A stretch of DNA of 64,000 bases from Acidimicrobium ferrooxidans (GTDB lineage: Bacteria > Actinomycetota > Geothermincolia > Fen-727 > Anoxymicrobiaceae), in assembly GCA_020723485.1 (NCBI GenBank), contig DYIU01000003.1, positions 394,347 through 458,346 of the forward strand. The letters run 5' to 3'. Both the position numbers and the translations under genes were made by a program. A model generated the notes under the pieces. It was given only the letters and a program-made list of their open reading frames with translations, did no database searches and was not told the origin of the DNA. Positions 1 through 9,100 of the stretch are shown here, one piece after another (the stretch's first letter is position 1; each line of letters starts with the position of its first letter).

Positions 1-1201
1 CCTCCGCGAGGAACCAGGTGGGGGCGGTGATATAGTTGTCCCAGACCTCGGCTCCCGTTGCATCGTTCCCGGTGCCGCAGTACAGGTCTCCCAGCCAGAA
101 AAGGAGCGCGAAAGCCCCCAGGTTGTTGCTGGTGCCAAAGCCGGGGGCGTTTACCTGCTGCCAGTCCGTGAAGGGCGGGCCGCCCGTACAGGCGCTCTGC
201 CAGATCTCCGCTCCCGTGGCGCTGTTCCTGGTACCGGCATACAGGTACGAGCCGTCTGATACCAGCGACGTGACGCCCACGTTCCCGGCATCGCCGAACC
301 CGTTGGGGGCGACGTTGGCCCAATCGGTGTACGGAGGCCCTCCGGCGCCGGAGCTCCTCCATATACTACTTGGCGCCCCGACTCCGCCGTTGTCGACGCC
401 GGCGTAAAGGTACGACCCCTTCACCTCCAGCGTCCGTGCGCTGTAACGGTTGACCGAACCGAAACCCGGGTTGTTCACGCGGACCCAGTCCGTGTACGGG
501 GGCCCGCCCCCGGCGCCCGTGCTCCAGATCTGGCAGCCTGTCGCGGTGTTCTCGACTCCCACGTGGAGCCGCGAGTTGAAGACCGTCATCGACCACGCGT
601 CCTGGTTACCGGTACTTCCGAAGCCGGAGGTGTTCACGCGGACCCAGTCGGCGAAGGGCGGGCCGCCCGCGGCCGCGGTCCTCCAGATCTGCGTGCCGTT
701 CGCCGGGTTATAGGTCCCCGCGTAGAGGTACTGACCGTACGCGGCGAGGCAGTCTATCGAATCGTTGTTCACGTTGCCGAAGCCGTTCGCGTTCACCTGC
801 TGCCAGTCGGTGTAGGGCGGGCCGCCGCCCGCCGCGGTCCTCCACAGCTCGGCGCCGTTCGAGTTCTCGGTTCCGGCGTAGAGGTATCCGCCGTGGACCG
901 TCATCGAGAAGACGGCCACGTTTGCGGCGTCGCCGAAACCAGCGGTGTTCACCCGGACCCAGTTACTGGCGTCATACATCCAGACCTGGCAGCCGGCACC
1001 GTTGCCGACGCCGGCGTACAGGTAGCCCTCGTACTCGACCATAGTCCAGACCCGGGCGTTGGCGGCCGCGCCGAAACCGTCCGTGTTATTCTGCGACCAG
1101 GCGGTCAGGTCTGCCTGCGCGGGGCCCGCCAGCAGGGTCAGTGGGACTATGAGGGCCGCGATGAGGATAACGGAGATTACCGAAGCACGTGTAGACCGCA
1201 T
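1..1201 (-). CDS. Secreted beta-propeller repeat protein leading into a W(F/Y)LAEG (DUF5719-like) module; 3' end beyond window
   Basis: Missing from the ORF track because there is no stop in the window. Manual translation from ATG 1201 (GGAGGT RBS) gives MRSTRASVISVILIAALIVPLTLLAGPAQA (signal peptide), then ~60-aa repeats 'YLYAGT..GAEIW..GGPPYTDWxxVNxxGFG', ending 'TAPTWFLAE' at the edge. Confidence 0.85.
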   Translation of the reverse strand, partial: MRSTRASVISVILIAALIVPLTLLAGPAQADLTAWSQNNTDGFGAAANARVWTMVEYEGYLYAGVGNGAGCQVWMYDASNWVRVNTAGFGDAANVAVFSMTVHGGYLYAGTENSNGAELWRTAAGGGPPYTDWQQVNANGFGNVNNDSIDCLAAYGQYLYAGTYNPANGTQIWRTAAAGGPPFADWVRVNTSGFGSTGNQDAWSMTVFNSRLHVGVENTATGCQIWSTGAGGGPPYTDWVRVNNPGFGSVNRYSARTLEVKGSYLYAGVDNGGVGAPSSIWRSSGAGGPPYTDWANVAPNGFGDAGNVGVTSLVSDGSYLYAGTRNSATGAEIWQSACTGGPPFTDWQQVNAPGFGTSNNLGAFALLFWLGDLYCGTGNDATGAEVWDNYITAPTWFLAE

Positions 1202-1394
1202 GACGCCACCTCCCGGTAGGGTTATCCTTGATTATGTTCCCTTACGCGTGAATAGGCAATCCGCGCGCGCGTTCGCCGGGGGGCATCGGGCTTCAGCTTC
1301 AGCAGCTTCGGCCAGACCGGTCGGCGGGAAGGTGCGCGGGAAGGACTGGATAATATAACGTTAGAAGGAGAAGCATCTCACGGGGGGGTTTGGC

Positions 1395-1769
1395 ATGGAG
1401 GCAAGCAGCAGCGGTTTCCCGGCCTGGTTGATAGTTGTCCTGGCTCTCGTCGGTCTTGCCATCTACATCTATACGGCGTACTGCCTGATGAAGATAGCCG
1501 GGAGGCTGGGGGTGGAGAACGGGTGGTTCGCCTTCATACCGTTCCTCAACTACTGGCTCATCACAAAGATGGGGGGAAGGGACTCCACCTGGTTCATCTT
1601 CATGCTTCTCGGGTCGTTCTGCTGCGGCATCGTCACGATGGTCATGTTCATAATCATCATGATGGACGTCGCCGAAGCGCTGGGATTCCAGGACTGGTGG
1701 GGAATCCTCCTAATCATCCCGCTCTTGAACCTCTACGTCTTCTACAAGCTGGCGTTCACCGAGCCGTGA
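1395..1769 (+). CDS. Small membrane protein (DUF5684-like)
   Basis: Four hydrophobic segments with repeated 'W.AFIPFLN.W' and 'W.GILLIIPLLNLY..YKLAF' motifs. Confidence 0.75.
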   Translation: MEASSSGFPAWLIVVLALVGLAIYIYTAYCLMKIAGRLGVENGWFAFIPFLNYWLITKMGGRDSTWFIFMLLGSFCCGIVTMVMFIIIMMDVAEALGFQDWWGILLIIPLLNLYVFYKLAFTEP

Positions 1770-1853
1770 TTCATGACGGGTCTCCCGCTCCATTTCTTTT
1801 TTCCGCGGCACCCGAACCGAATGTCGACCGGCGGGCGGGGGCTTCCCGTCCTC

Positions 1854-2015
1854 CCCGCAGGTTTGAATCACAATAGTGTTCAGAAATTAACAATATAATG
1901 AAGTTTGCTTCATTATTAACAGCCCGAGCCGGAAATTCGCAGCAAGGCTGTGGGTCCTGATTAATATTGATATTATTCAAGGCTATTGTTTATTACTGTG
2001 ATTCAAACCTGCGGG
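1854..2015. mobile_element. MITE-like element with perfect 19-bp terminal inverted repeats
   Basis: CCCGCAGGTTTGAATCACA (1854-1872) and its exact reverse complement (1997-2015) flank an AT-rich non-coding core. Confidence 0.7.
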
Positions 2016-2113
2016 ACGCTCTAGATCGAGACGCTGAATCGACCCGGGTCGGGCACCCTCTCGGAGGACACCCACGTTGTGCCCGGCGCCAGCAGAGCAG
2101 ATAGATTCCCGGA

Positions 2114-2257
2114 ACCGCGGTTCTACCGAGTCTGATGATCAGGGTCGGCACCCTCACATGGATTCCCGGAACGCCAAACCGGCGGAGTCGTAGCCGCGGT
2201 ACTCGAGCCGCCTCAGTCCGTCGTACAGTACCGCGGTTCTATCGAGTCTGATGATCA
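2114..2257. repeat. Degenerate direct repeats
   Basis: ACCGCGGTTCTA(C/T)CGAGTCTGATGATCA at 2114-2141 and 2230-2257 (27/28 identical). Also GATTCCCGGAAC x2 and GGGTCG(G)GCACCCTC x2 nearby. Confidence 0.75.
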
Positions 2258-3292
2258 TCAGTAAGGAGCCCAGTACCAGCCTTTTCCCTCGCAGTTGGGG
2301 CAGGTCTTGGTCGAGCCGTCAGGGAAGATGAAGTAACCCAGGCCGCCGCACTCGGGACACTCTATCCTCTGGCCCCCTGATTCGGACTCCTCCTGCTGCT
2401 GCTGGGCGGCAGCCTGCTGCTCGGCCGCCGCGGCTGCCTGCTGGGCCGCGGCAGTCTCCGACTGGATCCTGGCCTGCTCAGCCGCAACCGCCTCGTTGAC
2501 CTTCTGTTCCGTCTTCTTGGTCCAGTCCCAACCGACGTCTAGGACGCCGAAGCCCTCGTCGGTCTTCTCGACCTGGTCGTTGTCCGCGACGAACTCCCCG
2601 TTGGCCTTTTCGACCGACTTCGCCAGATTCTGCAGCTCCGTGAGTATCTTGTTGAGGTTGTTGACCACGTCTGGATTTATGAGCTGGTTGCCCGCGAGGG
2701 CGTTGTTCAGTGCGGTTATGTACTCGACCATCTTCTTTACGTATTCCTTGTATACCTCGAGGGCAACGGCCAACTGCTCCGCCTTGATATCGCGCGTATT
2801 GGCGGGTTTTGCATCCGGGTTCTTGCGTAAGCCGTCGGTGCCCCCTTTCTCCTCCTGTATCTCCTGGAGGGCGGCCAGCTTCGTCTGGCTCTTCTTGAGG
2901 TCCTCCTGCGCCTGGTTGAGTGAGGCGGTGTCCATGGTTATCCGGGCGACCTCATCACTGTCATCCTCGAGGAGCGCTTCGTAGTCTTCCCAGACCTCCA
3001 TTGTCGCGGCGTCGACCTTGTCGTTCGCGCCGGCCTTGAATATGAAGATGCCTCCGAGCACAAGTCCGCCCAGCACCGCGACCCCGATTATCACGACGAG
3101 GGCTATTCCCGCCGGTGAAGAGAAGAACCCGCCCGAGTCTTTCTTCCTGTCCGCATCCTGTGGCGGCTGTGCCTGTGCCGCGGGAGCGACCGTCATCGGC
3201 GCGGTCGCGCCCGGGTCGCCGAACCGGTAGCCGCACTCGGGGCAGAACTTGCTGCCGTCGTTCACTGAACTGCCGCAGTTTCTACAGAACAT
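2258..3292 (-). CDS. Zinc-ribbon membrane protein with coiled coil and C-terminal DnaJ-type CxxCxGxG finger
   Basis: N-terminal 'FCRNCG..KFCPECG', one TM helix, a helical region, then C-terminal CPECGGLG...CPNCEGKG. Confidence 0.8.
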   Translation of the reverse strand: MFCRNCGSSVNDGSKFCPECGYRFGDPGATAPMTVAPAAQAQPPQDADRKKDSGGFFSSPAGIALVVIIGVAVLGGLVLGGIFIFKAGANDKVDAATMEVWEDYEALLEDDSDEVARITMDTASLNQAQEDLKKSQTKLAALQEIQEEKGGTDGLRKNPDAKPANTRDIKAEQLAVALEVYKEYVKKMVEYITALNNALAGNQLINPDVVNNLNKILTELQNLAKSVEKANGEFVADNDQVEKTDEGFGVLDVGWDWTKKTEQKVNEAVAAEQARIQSETAAAQQAAAAAEQQAAAQQQQEESESGGQRIECPECGGLGYFIFPDGSTKTCPNCEGKGWYWAPY

Positions 3293-3422
3293 CGATCATC
3301 ACCCCTCCTCTTGAACCGCGCCCATTCTATATCAGGGAATCGGCGCCCCGACAGCCGCGCGCGGCTATTTGACCTTCGGTCAGGTGATTTCCTATGCTTG
3401 GACTGAAGCGGGAACCGGGTTC

Positions 3423-5183
3423 ATGCCGATACAGAAGATGATGATGATGGGCATACTTCCTCGCTCCTGGTCAATATTCGCTCCGAGGTTCGACAGGAAC
3501 GGTTCCAGGCCGGCGGACCTCGTGGTCGCCGGTGCCCGGATAATCACGTGCCACGAATCCGCGCCGCGGGCGAGCGCGCTGGCGGTCAAGGACGGCCTCA
3601 TCGCTTACGTCGGGGACGATGCCGGCGTCCGCGATTTCGTGGGCCTCTCTACACGGGTGATAAACGGGAAGGGCCGCACGCTCACCCCGGGGTTCATCGA
3701 CAACCACTGCCACGTCCTCTGGATAGGTGGGCTCACCTCGCTGATGACGACGGACCTCTTCACCTGCGAGACGGTGGACGAGATGAGGGAAGTCGTCCAA
3801 AGGCAGGCCGCCCGGTTCCCTGACAGCGCGATAGTCATGGCGCAGGGCTGGAAGCAGCACTGCATCCCGGAAGGCGTATCGCAGCTGGAGCTGCTCGACT
3901 CCTGGGTCCCGGACCGCCCGGCGGCGCTGATGTCGTACATGGCGACCGGCTGGGTCAACTCGAGGATGCTCGAACTCATGACCGAGCGGAACCCGGCCGC
4001 GATGGAGCTGCTGGTCCCGGAGAGGGACGGGGCGGGCGCCTGCAACGGCCTGCTCAGGCACTTCCACGCCTTCAACCCGCTGGACTTCGTCTCGCTCGAT
4101 GAGCTGGGGCCCGGGGTCAAGGAGCTCATGTTCGAGGCCATGGAGCGGGTACTGGGCGAGGCGCTCTCCGTCGGCGTGACCACGATGGACGACGTCCAGG
4201 TCTACAAGCCCTATTTCCCGGTCATCCTGGAGTTCAGGGACCGGGGCGGACTAGACAACGTCAGGGTCAGGTGCGGGTATTACCTGCCCAACTCGGTGCT
4301 CGACGACGAGGCGGCGCTCGAGAGGGACCTTTCATGGTGGAAGGAGCTGGGGAAAGCCGAGTCGGACGAACACCTCACCCTCGGCAGGTCGGTGAAGCTC
4401 TACATCGACGGGGTGGCCTCCAACCACGCCGCGCTCAACTTCGAGCCTTACGCGGACATGCCGGACAGCCTGGGGGACGCCGTCTGGACCCAGGAGGGGT
4501 TCGACAGGGTCATCGAGATAATCGACTCCATGGACCTCCAGGCGTGCACGCACTGCTGCGGGGACGCGGGCATCAACAGGGTCATCAACTCCTACGAGCG
4601 CGCTTACAGGCTACACGGCAAGCGGGACATCCGGCACCGGGCGGACCACTGCAGCCGGCCCGCGGTCGATGACTACGAGAGGCTCGCGAAGGTGGGCGTG
4701 TACGCGGCGATGCAGCCCGCGCACTTCTTCGGGGACCAGACCGTTGAAGCCGCGCTGGGACACAACAGGCTCCAGCACTTCCAGCCGTGGAGGTCTCTCG
4801 AGAAGGCGGGTGTGAACATCTCGTTCGGGAGCGACTGGTGCGCGGGCCCGATCAACCCGGTGTACGGGCTCCTCATCGCGGCCAACAGGATGAACTACCA
4901 TTTCTCCACCAGCTGGGGACCCGCCGAGAAGATAGGCATCGAAGGCGCGATAAGGCACTGGACCATCGACTCGGCGAGGGCCCTGCACATGGAGGACGAC
5001 ATCGGCTCGATCGAGGTCGGGAAGAGGGCGGACTTCGTCCTCTTCAACACGAGCCCGCTGAAGCTTTCGTCACACTGGTTCCTCTTCACGCACGCTCTCG
5101 AGCTGGGGGCGATGGACGGTTACGTGGACCTGACGGTGGTCGGGGGAGAGATAGCCTACCGGAAAGAGGGCGCTCAGGTTTGA
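3423..5183 (+). CDS. Amidohydrolase family 3 (YtcJ-like) metal-dependent hydrolase
   Basis: PGFIDNHCH, KLYIDG, HCCGD, RADH, FGSDW and GSIEVGKRADFV motifs. Start uncertain (3369-3438). Confidence 0.88.
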   Translation: MPIQKMMMMGILPRSWSIFAPRFDRNGSRPADLVVAGARIITCHESAPRASALAVKDGLIAYVGDDAGVRDFVGLSTRVINGKGRTLTPGFIDNHCHVLWIGGLTSLMTTDLFTCETVDEMREVVQRQAARFPDSAIVMAQGWKQHCIPEGVSQLELLDSWVPDRPAALMSYMATGWVNSRMLELMTERNPAAMELLVPERDGAGACNGLLRHFHAFNPLDFVSLDELGPGVKELMFEAMERVLGEALSVGVTTMDDVQVYKPYFPVILEFRDRGGLDNVRVRCGYYLPNSVLDDEAALERDLSWWKELGKAESDEHLTLGRSVKLYIDGVASNHAALNFEPYADMPDSLGDAVWTQEGFDRVIEIIDSMDLQACTHCCGDAGINRVINSYERAYRLHGKRDIRHRADHCSRPAVDDYERLAKVGVYAAMQPAHFFGDQTVEAALGHNRLQHFQPWRSLEKAGVNISFGSDWCAGPINPVYGLLIAANRMNYHFSTSWGPAEKIGIEGAIRHWTIDSARALHMEDDIGSIEVGKRADFVLFNTSPLKLSSHWFLFTHALELGAMDGYVDLTVVGGEIAYRKEGAQV

Positions 5184-6031
5184 GGGGTGGACGCGCCGCC
5201 GGGTGGCTCTGGAGCACCAGCGAGCAGCTGGCGGAGAGGCACCGGTGGTACGCGGTCCTCTTAGAGGCTCTGGTCGATTTCCGGCGCAATAAGCTCCGGT
5301 ACCACACCTACTTCTTCACCGTCAACGCCTTCGTGGGGGTGCTCGCGCTGTTTCTCGCCATATCGTCGCTCATGGGCTTCCTGGGGGACTCCGAGTTCAA
5401 GCGGCAGGTGGTGGACGGGATGACGAGCGTGATGCCGGTGCTGCGCGGGAGCAGCTCCGAGGTCCATAACATCTTCGAGACCTTCAAGGGAGCCGCGGGC
5501 ATTGTAAGCTTTCTCTTCCTCATATGGGCGGCCACCAGGATATTCAGCGCGCTCGAGACCGGGTTCAACATCATCTGGGATTCCGAAAAGAGGCGCTACG
5601 CGCACTCTCTGCTGGTAGGCCTCCTGATGACCGCCGTGGTGGGGGCCCTGTTCCTGCTCACTTCACTGATACAGTTCGGGTTCAACAGGCTGCTCGGAGA
5701 GCTCCTCGAGACGAGGAACGTGGGCTACTACCTCGGTGTGGCGGTCGCAAAGCCCATTATCGGCCTGCTCATAAACTTCCTGCTCTTCCTGTTCGTTTAC
5801 CGCGTGGTCACCGGGGTAAGCCCGCCGTTCACCAGGTGCCTGCCCGCGGCCGCGCTGGCGGCGGTCCTCTTCCTCGGCTCCCAGTATGTCCTCAACCTCT
5901 ACTTCGATTACATCTACAAGGTGCCAGCGATATACGGGAGCCTGGCAAGCGGGATAATACTGATACTCTGGATGCAGGCGACGGGCATGATAACCTTCTA
6001 CGGCGCCGAGGTCATCCACGCGCTCGAATAG
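5180..6031 (+). CDS. YihY/BrkB-family membrane protein
   Basis: Multi-TM protein with 'LIWAATRIFSALETGFNIIW', 'YGSLASGIILILW' and 'GAEV'. TTG start overlaps the amidohydrolase stop. Confidence 0.85.
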   Translation: MRGGRAAGWLWSTSEQLAERHRWYAVLLEALVDFRRNKLRYHTYFFTVNAFVGVLALFLAISSLMGFLGDSEFKRQVVDGMTSVMPVLRGSSSEVHNIFETFKGAAGIVSFLFLIWAATRIFSALETGFNIIWDSEKRRYAHSLLVGLLMTAVVGALFLLTSLIQFGFNRLLGELLETRNVGYYLGVAVAKPIIGLLINFLLFLFVYRVVTGVSPPFTRCLPAAALAAVLFLGSQYVLNLYFDYIYKVPAIYGSLASGIILILWMQATGMITFYGAEVIHALE

Positions 6032-6117
6032 GGTCAGACCATTTTCGTTGCGTCAGCAACATGTTCAACATGTTAAATAGAGTGCCTGACGCAACGAAAA
6101 TGGTCTGACCCTATTCG
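6025..6117. repeat. REPIN-like palindromic element, perfect 32-bp arms
   Basis: CGAATAGGGTCAGACCATTTTCGTTGCGTCAG (6025-6056) and its reverse complement (6086-6117) with a 29-nt loop, between convergent genes. Confidence 0.9.
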
Positions 6118-9100
6118 CCGATGGTGGAGGTGCCGGCCCCGCGGCTGTTCCAGTACATCGCCTGTTCGGCCACTATCCCCTTGCCGGGGGTCTTGCAGGT
6201 GACCTCGACGGCGGCGCGGCCTGCCGGTACCCTATCCGACATGTCGTAACTCCTGCGGGAATGCGCGGGCACCACCTCGGAGAAGACGACCTCTTCCCCC
6301 TCTCCGGCCAGCGGCATGTATGAGACCTCTATCTCCACATCCTGGTTGTTGGGGTTCTGCACGATGGTCCATGTCTCGTGGCCGTTGTATGTCTCTCCAT
6401 CCGGCAGGTAGAACGTCCCCCTGGTGGAACCGACCCCGATGGAGCAGTGGCCCGCTTCTCCGTTCGGCGTGTCCCCGCCCCACAGCATGACCCTCTCGGC
6501 GACGATCGGCGCGGAGCCGTGGACTTCCATAGACAGGTCGGTGCTCGCGACCGGCTGTATATCGTTCACCCTGACGGTCCTCCTGGAGCAGGCAGGTATC
6601 TGTAACTCCGACCGCCACCTGCCGCCTTCAGATGTCATGTAGGTCACGGTGACATCCGTGTCTGTGGGCTGCGGGTTCTGCACTACCAGGTACGTCGTGA
6701 ATCCCCAGGCCGTGGTCCCTTCCGCCAGGTAGAAGTCCCTGGAGGGAGTGTCCGTGCCGATGGATTCATGCCCTTCCCTGCGGTTGTTTCCGTACATCGT
6801 CCTCTCGGGGACCACCGGCACGTCGCTTTCCACTTTGATGCTCGCGTCCGCCGCGCCTGTGTCACCGGCAACGTCGATGGAAGCCCGCGACATGGCCGGC
6901 ACCTCGTGACGGACCGTTCTCGGGGCACCGTCCTCGAACATATAGGTCACGTCGCAGGTCGCCGGGGCATCGTTGGGATTGAGAATCGTCAACCAGCACT
7001 CGAAGCCCCATGCGGAGGAGCCCTCTGCGAGGTACCAGGCCTTCCCCGGGGTATCGACTCCCACGGACGAATGGCCTTCCGCGGAAGGCGCACCCTCTCC
7101 AGTCCAGATCATCCTGCGTTCAACGGCAAGAGGCCTGCCCTCCGGGCTCTCCACGACGGTCGAGAAATCCATAGCCCCTATGTCGTCCCGGGGGTTGATG
7201 ACAGTCTGGCTCGAGGCCGGCAACTCGAGGTCGGGACGGGTCACCGGACCTGCCGGAGTAATATAGGTCAGCTTCGCCGCGGTCGCAGTTTCGTTGGGAT
7301 TCATTATCGTGAGGTATGTATCGAATCCCCAGGCGGACGACCCCTCGGCAAGGTACCCGGCAGGGTTTCGCACCTCCAGGTTTGCCGAGAACTCACTGGT
7401 GTTTCCCTCCCCGCTCGGGTCGCCTGCAGGGCTCGCGGCCGTGGCGGATATCAGGTCGCCCGCCGACATTCCGGATACCGTCGTGCTGAATTCACCGGAA
7501 CTGGCGGCCGTCACGGTCGCCAGGTAATCGCGACCCTGACCGTGACCGGAAGGGTCCGGTGAGGCCCCGGTGAGATAGAGCTCGACGGCGGCGCCTGGTG
7601 GAGCCGTGCCGCGCACCAGCGCATCCCCGGAGTCGTCTACCACGGCCTGTCCTCCCGAGAACACCGGGAAGTTGTAGCCGCGCTGGGGCTTCTCCGGGTT
7701 GTTGTTGTTCCCATCGTTGGGGGTCACACCGTCACCGAGGATATCGATGCCCAGACCGCCGTTGCAATAGATGGAATTCCCGCTTATCCGGTCGCTGTAA
7801 GAGTCCGGCGTCCAGACGACGACCCCGGCGGCCTGGTTGTCCGCTATCCGGTTGGACGTCACCTGGTTGCCTGTAGAATCAGAGAACGGGGCGAACGATA
7901 CGCCGCTGCCGAGGTTTCCCTCAATCGTGTTGTCGGAGACCACGCAGTCCGTGCCGCCCAGGCTGACGCCCGAGTCGTAGACCTTCGTGCCGAAGTCGAG
8001 CGCGGGCGGCGAGTACCCGGCGGCGACGGGCAGCGAGCCCACCGGGAGGTAGTCGCTCCCGGGCGATGCGGCCTGGAAGGCGAGCTCAAATCCTCCATCC
8101 TGAATCTCCGAGTTGTCGTAGCCGAAGCCGGGCAGCACCATGTCCATGAAGCCCAGGAGCACCTCTTTGCTGGGGAACACCCCGGCGTCGGCGTACCAGG
8201 TCATGTAGAGGTCCCCTGAGCCGTTCCACGCGTGCACGAGCCCCACGTTGAAGCTCCTGACCCCGTCCGCGAACTGGACGAGGGACCCGTCCGAGGGCAC
8301 CGCTGCGAACTCGCCGGCCGAGGGGTCCCCGATGAAGAAGCACCCCGGGAAGCCCATGATGGTCTCGTCGTAGTCGTTGCCGCCGAGCGAACGAGGCGAG
8401 TTGGAGGCCTCGTAGCAGGGCAGGCCGGTGCCGTTGCCGGTGATGGTATTCAGGCTGACGGTGCACTGGGAGACGCCGCTGAGGATGAGGCCCTGGTGGC
8501 GGTTGTACTTGATGTGGTTGCGCCCCTCTTCCGAGCCGCCCACTACCGTATGGCCCGCTTCGTTCTCAATCCTTATGCCGGTGTTCGCGTTGCCGAGCCC
8601 GGAAGCGCCGTCGCGGTTGGTACCGATGTAGTTGCCGAGCACCTCGTTGTACTCAGTCCCGGCATCCGACAGGTACACCCCCGAGTCGCCGTTGGCCGCG
8701 ATCACGTTCCCCGTGCCCGCGCCTTCTCCACCGACGGTGTTGGGATTCGAGGCCGAACCGGCGCCCGCGGTGATGCTCACGCCGCTGGAATCGTTGGGCA
8801 GGGCGGCCGTCGCTGTCGCATCGAGCCCGATCACGTTGCCGGCGACCACGTTGCCGTCGGCGTTGGGCCCGGTGATGGTCACACCGTTGGGATTGCCGCT
8901 GATCAGGTTTCCCTCTCCGGGACCGCCTCCGCCTATTGTGTTGTTCGAACTCGACGAGGCGCCTCCATCGATCCAGACACCATCGCTCGCGTTGCCGAGC
9001 GCGGCCGTGCCAGTCTTGTCGGTGCCTATGAAATTACCGGCTATGTGATTGCCGTCCGCCCGGATGCACACGCCTTCGTGGGCCGCTGCGCTTATGAGGT

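Noticed and set aside
2132..2180. Hammerhead ribozyme (CTGATGA followed by a hairpin)
   Set aside because: The required GAAA after stem II and the flanking stems are absent.
2114..2257. Mini CRISPR array
   Set aside because: Only two 28-bp copies, 88 bp apart, with other repeats inside the 'spacer' and no cas genes.
7977..8430. Intein in the beta-helix protein
   Set aside because: No C-terminal His-Asn plus nucleophile and no recognisable intein blocks.
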